A DNA stretch of 64,000 nucleotides from Thermoleophilia bacterium (GTDB taxonomy: Bacteria > Actinomycetota > Thermoleophilia > Gaiellales > JAICJC01): contig JAICYJ010000009.1 of assembly GCA_025934255.1 (NCBI GenBank), forward strand, positions 2,804 to 66,803. The letters run 5' to 3'. A program made the translations under genes and the position numbers. Each line of letters begins with the position of its first letter. Within the stretch, counting starts at the first letter, position 1. A model generated the notes under the pieces. It did not search any database. It saw only the letters and a program-made list of their open reading frames with translations, and was not told the DNA's origin. Positions 17,806-26,908 of this stretch are shown here, piece by piece.

Positions 17806-19857
17806 ATGAGCTCTACCATCTCGCCCCTGCTACGGACCGACTTGGACGGAGTCTTCCGGCCGCGGTCGGTTGCGATTTACGGCATCTCGGAGCGCACGTC
17901 GCAGCGGATCGCCGAGAACATGACGGTGCCCGGCGTCCCCTTCTACGGGATCAATCCGACCAAGGCCGAGGCCTGCGGGGTGGTCTGCTACCCGACGATC
18001 GCCGACTGCCCCGAGGTGCCCGAGATGGTCGTGATGGGCGTCGGGCACGGCCGCATCGAGGCGGCCATCGACGACGTCCTGTCGGTGCCCGGCGTGCGGG
18101 CGATCATCACTCCCGGTTTGGGCAACGAGGCCGGCCCCGTCGAGGGGCCGCGCATGAGTGCCATCGTCAGCGACCGGGTGCGCGATGCCGGGATCGCGAT
18201 GATCGGCCCCAACTGCATGGGCGTGGCCACGCCCGGGTACCCCTCGCCATGGATCGGCAACCTGCATCCCACCTTCGTGGCGGGGCCCGTGGCGACCATC
18301 GCCCACTCGGGGTCGATCGGCGAGATCCTGGTGTCGCTGGGCCCGCGCATCGGCTTCCGCACGGTCGTCTCGGCGGGCAACGAGACCGTCACCGACGTGG
18401 CCGACATGGTGGCCTTCTTCGCCGACGATCCGGACACGCGCGTGATCGGCCTGTTCCTGGAGGCGGTGCGGCGGCCGGCCGCGTTCGAGCAGGCGCTGCA
18501 GCGGGTGGCCGAGGCCGGCAAGGTTGCGATCGTGCTGAAGGTGGGCACGTCGGAGATGGGCGCCAGGGCCGCGCTCACGCACACCGGGGCGATGGTCGGC
18601 AGCGACGAGGTGTTCTCCGGGATGCTGCGGTACTACAACGCGATCCGGGTCGACGACTTCGGCAACTGGCTGGAGCACCTGGAGGTGTTCTCACGGGCGA
18701 CGCCGCCGCGCGGCCGTAGGATCGGCGCGGTCACCAACTCGGGCGGTGAGGGCGAGTACTTCGCCGACAAGGCCGAGCAGGCGGGCATCCCGCTGCAGGA
18801 GTTCTCGCCCGAGCTGAAGGCGCGGATCGTGGCCGAGTTCCCGAACTTCAGCGGCGTCGGCAACCCCGTCGACTGCTGGGCGATCGACGACGACCGGATC
18901 GTGTTCCCGCGCGTGTTCGAGCTGATGGCCGAGTCCGGTGAGTTCGACGTGCTGGTGTCCGACATCGACCACAGCCAGTGGCTGCACGCGGGTGAGCGCG
19001 AGCTGGCGACCAACATCGCCAACGACCTGCGCGCGGCCTGCCACCAGACCGATCTGTTCCCGTGCGTGATCACGGTCACCACCGCCGACCCGCCGATCGA
19101 GGACATCGAGTGGGCGCGGCAGCACGACATCCCGCTGCTGAAGGGCTCGCTGCCGGGGCTGCGGGCGCTGGCCGCGCGGCTCACGCACCGCCAGCGTGTG
19201 CCGGCGTCGCGGCTGCTGCCGGCCGCCCCGCCGCTGCCCGGCGGCGGCGACCTGCCGGAGCTGGAGTCGGCCGGGATCGCCGCGTCCTACGGCCTCCCAT
19301 ACGTGCGCGCCGAGCGCTGCGCAACCGCTGACGAGGCCGCCGCGGCCGCCGAGCTGATCGGCTACCCGGTCGTCGTCAAGATCGACAACGTCGCCCACAA
19401 GGCCAGGGTCGGGGGCGTGGCGCTGGGCCTGGCCGATGCCGCCGGAGTGCGCGAGGCGGCCCGGCGGATGGGCGGCCGCGTGATCGTGGCCGAGCAGGTG
19501 CTGGGCGGCGTCGAGCTGATGATCGGCGTCACCCGCGACCCCGACTTCGGCGCCACCGTCTCGGTCGGCGTCGGCGGCGGCCTGGCGGAGGCGCTGGAGC
19601 TGATCACCCACAGCCTGGCCCCTCTGGACGCCGACGGCGCCCGCGAGCTGGTCGCGTCGCTGCCCGTGATCGAGCGGCTGCTGGGCGGCGAGGTACCCGA
19701 CCACCTGATCGAGGCGATCGCGGCCGTCTCGCGTCTGGCCGCGGAGCACCCCGAGATCTCCGAGATCGACGTCAACCCCCTGCTGGTCTCGCCCGAGCGC
19801 GCCGTCGCGCTCGACTGCCTGATCGTGCTGGACAACCCCGAGGAGCGAGCCGCATGA
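17806..19857 (+). CDS. ADP-forming acyl-CoA synthetase family protein (CoA-binding + ATP-grasp)
   Basis: 683 aa. N-terminal CoA-binding/succinyl-CoA-synthetase-like domains (RSVAIYGISERT.., GPNCMG) and a C-terminal ATP-grasp (YPVVVKIDNVAHKARVGGV). Confidence 0.85.
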   Translation: MSSTISPLLRTDLDGVFRPRSVAIYGISERTSQRIAENMTVPGVPFYGINPTKAEACGVVCYPTIADCPEVPEMVVMGVGHGRIEAAIDDVLSVPGVRAIITPGLGNEAGPVEGPRMSAIVSDRVRDAGIAMIGPNCMGVATPGYPSPWIGNLHPTFVAGPVATIAHSGSIGEILVSLGPRIGFRTVVSAGNETVTDVADMVAFFADDPDTRVIGLFLEAVRRPAAFEQALQRVAEAGKVAIVLKVGTSEMGARAALTHTGAMVGSDEVFSGMLRYYNAIRVDDFGNWLEHLEVFSRATPPRGRRIGAVTNSGGEGEYFADKAEQAGIPLQEFSPELKARIVAEFPNFSGVGNPVDCWAIDDDRIVFPRVFELMAESGEFDVLVSDIDHSQWLHAGERELATNIANDLRAACHQTDLFPCVITVTTADPPIEDIEWARQHDIPLLKGSLPGLRALAARLTHRQRVPASRLLPAAPPLPGGGDLPELESAGIAASYGLPYVRAERCATADEAAAAAELIGYPVVVKIDNVAHKARVGGVALGLADAAGVREAARRMGGRVIVAEQVLGGVELMIGVTRDPDFGATVSVGVGGGLAEALELITHSLAPLDADGARELVASLPVIERLLGGEVPDHLIEAIAAVSRLAAEHPEISEIDVNPLLVSPERAVALDCLIVLDNPEERAA

Positions 19858-20684
19858 GCGAAGCCGTTCTCTATGAGACCCGTGGCCCCGCGGCCTGGGT
19901 GACGCTGAACCGCCCCGAGAAGCTGAATGCCCTGAACGGGGCGGTGCTGGAAGGGCTGCACGCCGCGCTCGACCGGGCGGTGGCCGACGACGAGGTGAAG
20001 GTGGTGGTGGTGACCGGGTCGGGTGAGCGCGCGTTCTCGGCCGGCTACGACCTGTCGGCAGAGGCCGCCCACTCCGAGATCCCGGCCCACGAGTGGCACG
20101 AGGTGCTGGCCACCGACATCGACGCGACCATGAAGCTGTGGGCGCTGCCGAAGCCCACCATCGCGGCCGTGCGCGGCTACTGCCTGGCGGGCGGCTGTGA
20201 GCTGGCGATGGCCTGCGACATGATCATCAGCACCGAGAGCGGCCGCTTCGGGGAGCCCGAGATCCGGTATGGATCGGGGCCGGTGACGCTGCTGATGCCG
20301 TTCCTGCTGGGCCAGAAGAAGACCAACGAGCTGCTGTTCACCGGCGACATGATCGACGCCCAGGCGGCGGAGCGCGCGGGGATGATCAACCGCGTCGTGG
20401 CCGAGGACGAGCTGGACGCGGAGGTGGAGGCGCTGGTGCGCAAGATCGCGCCGACGCCGCTGCCGGTGCTGCGTCTGACCAAGATCGCACTGGTGCGGGC
20501 GTATGAGGCGATGGGGCTAAGGGAGGCGGTCAACATGAATCTCGATCTATCGTCCATGTTGAACGCGGCCGACGCGCCGGAGCAGCGAGAGTTCATGCAG
20601 ATCGTCCAGTCGAGCGGGCTGAAGGCCGCACTCGCCTGGCGTGACAACCGCTATGGAGAGGTACTAGGGGGTGTGAAGTCGTGA
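19854..20684 (+). CDS. enoyl-CoA hydratase/isomerase family protein
   Basis: Crotonase motifs VVVVTGSGERAFSAGYDL and AAVRGYCLAGGCELAMACD. ATGA overlap with the upstream gene. Confidence 0.9.
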   Translation: MSEAVLYETRGPAAWVTLNRPEKLNALNGAVLEGLHAALDRAVADDEVKVVVVTGSGERAFSAGYDLSAEAAHSEIPAHEWHEVLATDIDATMKLWALPKPTIAAVRGYCLAGGCELAMACDMIISTESGRFGEPEIRYGSGPVTLLMPFLLGQKKTNELLFTGDMIDAQAAERAGMINRVVAEDELDAEVEALVRKIAPTPLPVLRLTKIALVRAYEAMGLREAVNMNLDLSSMLNAADAPEQREFMQIVQSSGLKAALAWRDNRYGEVLGGVKS

Positions 20685-22051
20685 GCGCAACAAGCACCAT
20701 TGATCCCGCCCGGCTGGCCAGCGTGATCGAGGCCGAGGAGGCCACGTTCAACGAGCGGCACAAGCATTCGCGGGAGATGACCGAGCGGGCCCGCCGGTCG
20801 CTGGCCGGTGGCGTCGCCTCCAGCTGGCAGGACACCGAGCCGCATCCGATCTACCTGGCCGAGGGGCACGGGTCGAAGGTGATCGACGTCGACGGCAACG
20901 AGTACGTCGACTTCCACAACGGCTACGGCGCGATGGCCGTCGGCCACGCGCATCCGCGCATCGCCGAGGTCGTCTCCGAGCGCGTCCGCCTCGGCACCCA
21001 CTTCGCGCAGCCGACCGAGGACTCGATCGCCGTCGCCGAGCACCTGCAGAAGCGCTTCGGCCTGCCGCTGTGGCGGTTCGGCAACTCCGGCACCGAGTCG
21101 ACGCTGGACGCCGTGCGGCTGGCGCGTGCCTACACCGGACGCGACGTCCTGTTCAAGATCGAGGGCTCCTACCACGGGCACCACGACGCGCTGATGGTGT
21201 CGGTGGCGCCGCCGGCCGACAAGATCGGCCCATACGACGATCCCGTGTCGGTGCCTCAGACCCTGGGCCTGCCGGCCGACTACGTGAAGCTGACCAGGGT
21301 GGTGCCGTTCAACGACCTGGAGGCGCTCGAGCGCACGCTCAACCGCTACAAGGGTCAGGTGGCCGGCATGATCGTGGAGCCGGCGATGATGAACGCCGGA
21401 TTCGTGCTGCCCGAGGAGGGCTACCTGCAGGGAGTCAAGGACCTGCTGCACGAGCACGGCGCGCTGCTGGTGTTCGACGAGGTCAAGACCGGTGCCACGC
21501 TCTCCTATGGCGGCGCCGTCGAGGCCTTCGGCGTGACGCCCGACCTGCTGTGCCTGGCCAAGTCAGTCGGCGGCGGGTTGCCCTGCGGGGCGATCGGCGG
21601 CACCGACGAGGTGATGGGCTGGATCGCGGACGGCAAGATCGACCAGGTCGGCACGTTCAACGGCAACCCGCTGACCATGGCCGCGATGCACGCGACGCTG
21701 ACCGAGATCCTGGTGCCGGACGCCTACACGGAGTTCTCGCGCCTGGGCGAGATCCTGCGCGAGGGGTGCGACGGCGTGATCGAGAGCAACGGGCTGGCCG
21801 GCTACACGACGGTGCTGGGTGCCCGCGGCGCCGTCACCTACCGGGCCGAGCGCGTCCGCAACTACCGTGACTATCTCGAGGTGTCCGACCAGCTCGCCTA
21901 CGTGAACTGGCTGGCGCAGTTCAACCGCGGCGTGTTCATGGCGCCGTGGGGCAAGTCCGAGAACTGGACGCTGTCGGTGCAGCACAGCGAGGAGGACGTG
22001 CGGCGCTACGTCGACAACTTCGAGTATCTCGGGAAGGCGCTGTCCGCATGA
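20681..22051 (+). CDS. class III (GSA-aminomutase-like) PLP aminotransferase
   Basis: GNSGTESTLDAVRLAR and VFDEVKTG (PLP lysine). GTGA overlap with the upstream gene. Confidence 0.88.
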   Translation: MSATSTIDPARLASVIEAEEATFNERHKHSREMTERARRSLAGGVASSWQDTEPHPIYLAEGHGSKVIDVDGNEYVDFHNGYGAMAVGHAHPRIAEVVSERVRLGTHFAQPTEDSIAVAEHLQKRFGLPLWRFGNSGTESTLDAVRLARAYTGRDVLFKIEGSYHGHHDALMVSVAPPADKIGPYDDPVSVPQTLGLPADYVKLTRVVPFNDLEALERTLNRYKGQVAGMIVEPAMMNAGFVLPEEGYLQGVKDLLHEHGALLVFDEVKTGATLSYGGAVEAFGVTPDLLCLAKSVGGGLPCGAIGGTDEVMGWIADGKIDQVGTFNGNPLTMAAMHATLTEILVPDAYTEFSRLGEILREGCDGVIESNGLAGYTTVLGARGAVTYRAERVRNYRDYLEVSDQLAYVNWLAQFNRGVFMAPWGKSENWTLSVQHSEEDVRRYVDNFEYLGKALSA

Positions 22052-23106
22052 AGGCGGTCGTCTTCGAGGAACACGGCGGCACCGAGGTGCTGAGCTACAC
22101 CGACATCCCCGAGCCGGAGCCCGGGCCCTACGAGGTGTTGATCGAGGTGAAGGCGGCCGGCGCCAACTTCAACGACATCTGGGCGCGGCGGGGGATGCCG
22201 GGCATGAAGGTGATCTTCCCGCACGTCTCCGGATCGGACGTGTCGGGCGTCGTGGCCGCACTGGGCTCGGAGGTCACGGGCACCGGCTTCGGCTCCTCGT
22301 CGCTGCAGGTCGGCGACGAGGTGGTCGTGCACCCCGGCCTCTCCTGCCGCACCTGTGACTTCTGCGTGACCGGACAGGAGTTCTTCTGCCGCCAGTTCCG
22401 CATCTGGGGTTTCCAGAGCGGACCCAACGACGGCGGCCACTCCGAGTATGTGACGATGCCGGCGGTGAACGTGCTGCCCAAGCCTTCCAACCTCAGCCAC
22501 GAGGAGGCGGCATCGATGCCGCTGGTGCTGGAGACGGCCTGGCGGATGCTGGTCAGCCGGGCCAAGGTGCAGCCCGGGGAGCACGTGCTGATCTGGGGCG
22601 GGGTGGGCGGCCTCGGCACCATGGCCATCCAGATCTGCCGGATGTTCGGCGCCAACCCGATCCCTGTGGTGGGCAGCGCGCAGAAGGTCGCCAAGGCCGA
22701 GCAGCTGGGCGCGGTCAACGTGATCGACCGCTCCAGCCAGGACGTGGTGGCCGAGGTCAAGGCGATCACCGGCAAGGCCGGCGCCGACATCGTGTTCGAG
22801 CACTCCGGCCAGGAGACCTGGCCGACCTCGATGGCGGCGCTGCGCTGGGGAGGGCGCCTGGTCGTGTGCGGCGCGTCGACCGGTTTCGAGGCCGTCACCG
22901 ACCTGCGCTTCCTGTGGAACAAGCAGCAGAACCTGCTCGGCTCGCACCTGTCCAACAAGGCCGAGCTGTCGGCGGCGCTGCGGGCGGTCGAGGCGGGCTC
23001 GATCAAGCCCGTGATCGATCGTGTGCTGCCGCTGTCCGACGTTGCCTCGGGGCAGCAGCTGATGGAGGACCTGCAGGTGCAGGGGAAGGTTGTTTATGTG
23101 CCGTAG
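22048..23106 (+). CDS. zinc-binding MDR alcohol dehydrogenase/enoyl reductase family protein
   Basis: MKAVVFEEHGG start (ATGA overlap), GroES-like domain, CRTCDFCVTGQEFFC structural Zn loop, Rossmann GGVGGLGTMAIQ. Confidence 0.88.
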   Translation: MKAVVFEEHGGTEVLSYTDIPEPEPGPYEVLIEVKAAGANFNDIWARRGMPGMKVIFPHVSGSDVSGVVAALGSEVTGTGFGSSSLQVGDEVVVHPGLSCRTCDFCVTGQEFFCRQFRIWGFQSGPNDGGHSEYVTMPAVNVLPKPSNLSHEEAASMPLVLETAWRMLVSRAKVQPGEHVLIWGGVGGLGTMAIQICRMFGANPIPVVGSAQKVAKAEQLGAVNVIDRSSQDVVAEVKAITGKAGADIVFEHSGQETWPTSMAALRWGGRLVVCGASTGFEAVTDLRFLWNKQQNLLGSHLSNKAELSAALRAVEAGSIKPVIDRVLPLSDVASGQQLMEDLQVQGKVVYVP

Positions 23107-23136
23107 GCACATAGCGCGATAGCCGCCGGTGGCGGG

Positions 23137-23142
23137 TAGCGT
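23137..23142 (+). promoter_or_regulatory. -10 box TAGCGT, 6 nt upstream of the ATG (leaderless)
   Basis: TAGCGT-gcgggc-ATG(23149). Confidence 0.35.
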
Positions 23143-23148
23143 GCGGGC

Positions 23149-23946
23149 ATGCTGAACCTGGCCGTCGTCGGGCACGTCGAGTGGGTGACCCACACCGACG
23201 CGCCCTTCATCCCGCCGGCCGGCGAGATCGTGCACCTGACCGACCCGCTGATCCAGCCGGCCGGCGGCGGAGCGGTGACGGCGGCTGCGCTCGTCCGCAT
23301 GGGCGCCGGCGTGCAGTTCTTCACCGCTGCCGGCGAGGACGTGCCGGTGGCGGCGGCGATGGAGGAGCTGGGGGTGCGGACGTACGCGGCGCCGCGGCCC
23401 GGCCGTCACACGCGCACGCTGGTGATGCGGGACCCGAGCGGCGAGCGCACGATCTGCGTGATCGGCGTGAACCTGCAGCCTGCCGCCGAGGATCTGCTGC
23501 CGTGGGGCTCGCTGGCGGACTGCGACGGCGTCTACTTCACGGGCTCCGATCCGGCCACCCTGCGCCTGGCCAGAGAGGCTCGGGTGCTGGTGGTGACGGC
23601 GCGACGGTTCGACGTGCTGGCCGAAAGCGGGGTGCAGGCCGATGTGCTGGTCGGCAGCGCCAGCGACCGCGGCGAGCAGTACGACCTGGGTCGCCTGGCC
23701 GTGCAGCCGCGCCACGTGATCGTGACCGACGGCGAGCGCGGAGGCACCGGCTACCGGGCGGTGCCGCCGCCGGCCCCGCGGGTCGACAGCTACGGCGCCG
23801 GTGACACGTTCGTGGCCGGGTTGCTGTTCGGATTGGCAGACGGCCGGCCGCTCGCCGAGGCCCTGGCGCTGGCCGCCGAGCAGGCCGCCGAGGCGGTCAC
23901 CTGGCGCGGCGCGTACCCCTCGCAGGGCCCCCGAGTGAGTTGGTAG
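23149..23946 (+). CDS. PfkB-family carbohydrate/nucleoside kinase-like protein
   Basis: C-terminal PfkB signature DSYGAGDTFVAGLLFGL. Confidence 0.8.
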   Translation: MLNLAVVGHVEWVTHTDAPFIPPAGEIVHLTDPLIQPAGGGAVTAAALVRMGAGVQFFTAAGEDVPVAAAMEELGVRTYAAPRPGRHTRTLVMRDPSGERTICVIGVNLQPAAEDLLPWGSLADCDGVYFTGSDPATLRLAREARVLVVTARRFDVLAESGVQADVLVGSASDRGEQYDLGRLAVQPRHVIVTDGERGGTGYRAVPPPAPRVDSYGAGDTFVAGLLFGLADGRPLAEALALAAEQAAEAVTWRGAYPSQGPRVSW

Positions 23947-23957
23947 GCTTCGCCTCC

Positions 23958-24371
23958 GTGAGACGCCCTCTGGCAACGCTCGTAACCGCCGCCGTGCTGG
24001 GCGCAGCGGGACTCACCGCATCCGGCTGTGGCGTCCAGAGCGGTGTCGCCGGATCCGGGCAGGCCGATCTCGCGAACGGCAAGAAGCTGTTCATCACCAC
24101 CTGCGGAGGCTGTCACACGCTGGCGGACGCCGGCACCAAGGGCACGATCGGCCCCAACCTGGACGAGGCCTACATGGAGCCGCGGGCCGAGGGCTTCGAG
24201 GACTCGTCGTTCGAGGCGCTGGTGCGCGAGCAGATCATGCTCGGCTTCCCCTACGCGCACCCCACGCCGATGCCCCCGAACCTGCTGAAGGGCCAGGACG
24301 CGCAGGACGTCGCCGCCTACGTGGCATCGGTGGCCGCGGTTCCCCTGCCGCCGGGCGCGAGCACCCAGTAG
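23958..24371 (+). CDS. class I c-type cytochrome, lipoprotein
   Basis: Lipobox LTASGC and heme motif CGGCH. Start taken at the GTG at 23958 (MRRPLATL...). Confidence 0.8.
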   Translation: MRRPLATLVTAAVLGAAGLTASGCGVQSGVAGSGQADLANGKKLFITTCGGCHTLADAGTKGTIGPNLDEAYMEPRAEGFEDSSFEALVREQIMLGFPYAHPTPMPPNLLKGQDAQDVAAYVASVAAVPLPPGASTQ

Positions 24372-24375
24372 CGCC

Positions 24376-24585
24376 ATGGTCACCGAGACGATCGCGGTGG
24401 CGGGCATGATCTGCGGCGGCTGCGAGCGGCGCGTGCACGACGCCGTGATGGCGCTGCCGGGGGCGGCCGCGGTGACGGCCGAGCACATCGGCGATGAGGT
24501 CGAGGTCACGTTCGACCCGGCCCGCCTAGATGTGAAGGCGATCCGCCGGGCGATCGCCGCAGCCGGCTTTCGCCCGTCTCCGTGA
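24376..24585 (+). CDS. heavy-metal-associated (CopZ-like) domain protein
   Basis: 69 aa with the GMICGGC metal-binding motif. Confidence 0.8.
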   Translation: MVTETIAVAGMICGGCERRVHDAVMALPGAAAVTAEHIGDEVEVTFDPARLDVKAIRRAIAAAGFRPSP

Positions 24586-24736
24586 CCGGCGCAACCATGG
24601 GGGCGAGGCCCAGCCGGTATGGACTGCCTTTACAAATACCTAACCAAAACGGCGATCTTTCCTGACAACACGCATGGAGAATCGCCTCCGGACGCTGCGA
24701 TCGAACGTGCCCACACCTCGCAGCTACCTGCCTCCT

Positions 24737-24769
24737 CCGACGGCCCGCTCTGCGGGTCGTCGGTCTTTT
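24737..24769 (+). terminator. intrinsic terminator-like hairpin plus T tract
   Basis: CCGACGGCCCGC-tct-GCGGGTCGTCGG (12-bp stem with one G-U pair) followed by TCTTTT. Confidence 0.5.
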
Positions 24770-24841
24770 GACCGGTGGGCCGTCGAGCGGGCCCTGGATA
24801 GACTCAAGACCCTTTCGTGACATCGACCGGGGCGGGGGCGC

Positions 24842-26008
24842 GTGGATCTACTCGAGTACCAGGGCAAGCAGCTGTTCGCGCGGTTCGGGCTGCCCGTCTC
24901 CGAGGGCGCCCCGGCGGGCACCGCGGCCGAGGCCCGGGCCGTGGCCGAGCAGCTTGGCGGGCCGGTGGTGGTGAAGGCCCAGGTGCTGGTGGGTGGGCGC
25001 GGCAAGGCCGGCGGCATCAAGCTGGCGGCCGACCCGGCCGAGGCCGAGCAGCACGCCGCCGCGATCCTGGGGATGGACATCCGCGGCCACACCGTGCGGC
25101 AGCTGTGGATCGAGCGCGCCTCCGACATCGCCAGCGAGTACTACTTCTCGATCACCTTCGACCGCGGCGCAAAGCAGCCGTTGCTGATGCTGACAACGGA
25201 GGGCGGGGTCGAGATCGAGACGGTGGCTGAGCAGTCGCCCGAGAAGCTCGCGCGCCTGCACGTCGACCCGCTGATGGGGCTGCAGCCGTTCCACGTCCGC
25301 CGCCTCTGCTTCGCCGCCGGCATCCCCGCCGCCGAGGCGAAGCAGGTGGGTGCGATCATCGAGGGTGCCTACCGCGCCTTCATCGAGACCGACGCGATGC
25401 TGGTGGAGATCAACCCGCTGATCGTCACCCCGGATGGGGTGGTGCGTGCGCTCGACTCGAAGTACACCGTCGACGACAACGCGCTCTACCGCCATCCCGA
25501 CATCGCCGGCATGCGCGATGCCGAGTCGGGCGACCCGCAGGAGCGGCTGGCCCGCGAGCGCGGCGTCAACTTCGTGAAGCTCGACGGCGGCGACATCGGA
25601 ACGCTCGCCAACGGCGCCGGGCTGGCCATGTCCACCCTGGACGTGGTGGCCGCGGCCGGCGAGGCCACCGGCCATCGCCCCGCCAACTTCCTGGACGTGG
25701 GCGGCGGCGCCGATGCGGAGGCGATCGCCACCGCGATGGAGGTGCTGCTCTCCGACCCGAACGTGCGGGCGGTGCTGTTCAACGTGTTCGGCGGCATCAC
25801 CCGCGGCGACGAGGTCGCCCACGGCATCCTGACCGCGCTCGAGCGGCTGGATGCGACCCTCCCGATCGTGGTGCGGCTGGACGGCACCAACGCCGAGGAG
25901 GGCCGCCGCATCCTGGCCGACGCCGCTCCGCCCAACCTCCACGTGGAGGCGACCATGCTGGGGGCGGCCGCCCGGGTGGTCGAACTGGTCGAAGGGAGCG
26001 CCGCCTGA
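24842..26008 (+). CDS. sucC: succinyl-CoA synthetase beta subunit
   Basis: MDLLEYQGKQLFARFGLPV N-terminus, ATP-grasp. GTG start after a G-rich RBS. Confidence 0.95.
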   Translation: MDLLEYQGKQLFARFGLPVSEGAPAGTAAEARAVAEQLGGPVVVKAQVLVGGRGKAGGIKLAADPAEAEQHAAAILGMDIRGHTVRQLWIERASDIASEYYFSITFDRGAKQPLLMLTTEGGVEIETVAEQSPEKLARLHVDPLMGLQPFHVRRLCFAAGIPAAEAKQVGAIIEGAYRAFIETDAMLVEINPLIVTPDGVVRALDSKYTVDDNALYRHPDIAGMRDAESGDPQERLARERGVNFVKLDGGDIGTLANGAGLAMSTLDVVAAAGEATGHRPANFLDVGGGADAEAIATAMEVLLSDPNVRAVLFNVFGGITRGDEVAHGILTALERLDATLPIVVRLDGTNAEEGRRILADAAPPNLHVEATMLGAAARVVELVEGSAA

Positions 26009-26877
26009 TGCCGATCATCGTGACAGCCGAGACGCGCCTGGTCGTGCAGGGCATCACCGGCCGCGAGGGCAGCTTCCACGCGTCGCGGAACCGCGACTAC
26101 GGCACCGCCGTGGTGGCCGGCGTGACGCCGGGCAAGGGCGGCCAGGACGTGGACGGCGTGCCGGTCTACGACACGGTGGCCGGGGCGGTCGCCGAGCAGG
26201 ATGCGAACACCGCGATGGTGTTCGTGCCGCCGCGGTTCGCGGCCGATGCGATCTACGAGGCGGTGGATGCGGGCTGCGGCACCATCATCTGCATCACCGA
26301 GGGCATCCCCGCCCACGACATGCTGCGGATCTACAACTACATCCGCCCGCGCGGGGTGACCATGCTCGGGCCCAACTGCCCAGGCGCCCTGTCGCCGGGC
26401 ATCGCCAACGTCGGGATCATCCCGGCGCAGGTGTTTGCGGCCGGCCGGGTGGGGCTGGTGTCCCGCTCGGGCACGCTCACCTACCAGATCGGCAAGGAGC
26501 TGGCCGACCTGGGGCTGGGCAACTCGACCATCGTCGGCATCGGCGGCGACCCGATCGTGGGCAGCTCCTTCATCGACATCCTGGAGCGGTTCGAGGCCGA
26601 CCCCGGCACCGACCTGATCGTGATGGTGGGCGAGATCGGCGGCGACGAGGAGGAGAAGGCCGGCGCCTACATCGACGAGCACGTCAGCAAGCCCGTGGTG
26701 GCATACATCGCCGGCTTCCAGGCGCCGGCCGGCAAGACCATGGGCCACGCCGGCGCCATCATCTCGGGATCGTCCGGCACGGCCGCGGGCAAGCAGCAGG
26801 CGCTGCAGGCGCGCGGCATCCCGGTCGGCGACAGCCCCACCGCGGCCGCCCGGCTCGCTGCCGAACGGCTTGCCTGA
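26008..26877 (+). CDS. sucD: succinyl-CoA synthetase alpha subunit
   Basis: VQGITGREG and the phosphohistidine loop [10 protein letters not shown]. Confidence 0.95.
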   Translation: MPIIVTAETRLVVQGITGREGSFHASRNRDYGTAVVAGVTPGKGGQDVDGVPVYDTVAGAVAEQDANTAMVFVPPRFAADAIYEAVDAGCGTIICITEGIPAHDMLRIYNYIRPRGVTMLGPNCPGALSPGIANVGIIPAQVFAAGRVGLVSRSGTLTYQIGKELADLGLGNSTIVGIGGDPIVGSSFIDILERFEADPGTDLIVMVGEIGGDEEEKAGAYIDEHVSKPVVAYIAGFQAPAGKTMGHAGAIISGSSGTAAGKQQALQARGIPVGDSPTAAARLAAERLA

Positions 26878-26896
26878 GATCGCCCGGCGAGGACGA

Positions 26897-26902
26897 TACG
26901 AT
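26897..26902 (+). promoter_or_regulatory. -10 box TACGAT, 6 nt upstream of the ATG (leaderless)
   Basis: TACGAT-gcagcc-ATG(26909). Confidence 0.4.
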
Positions 26903-26908
26903 GCAGCC

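Noticed and set aside
22006-23976. 656-aa minus-strand ORF
   Set aside because: It is a shadow of the MDR dehydrogenase and PfkB-like genes, with no motifs and Arg/Gly/His-rich composition.
24506-24823. 105-aa minus-strand ORF in the copZ-sucC gap
   Set aside because: No RBS, an Arg/Pro/Gly-rich product, and it crosses the terminator hairpin. Probably non-coding.
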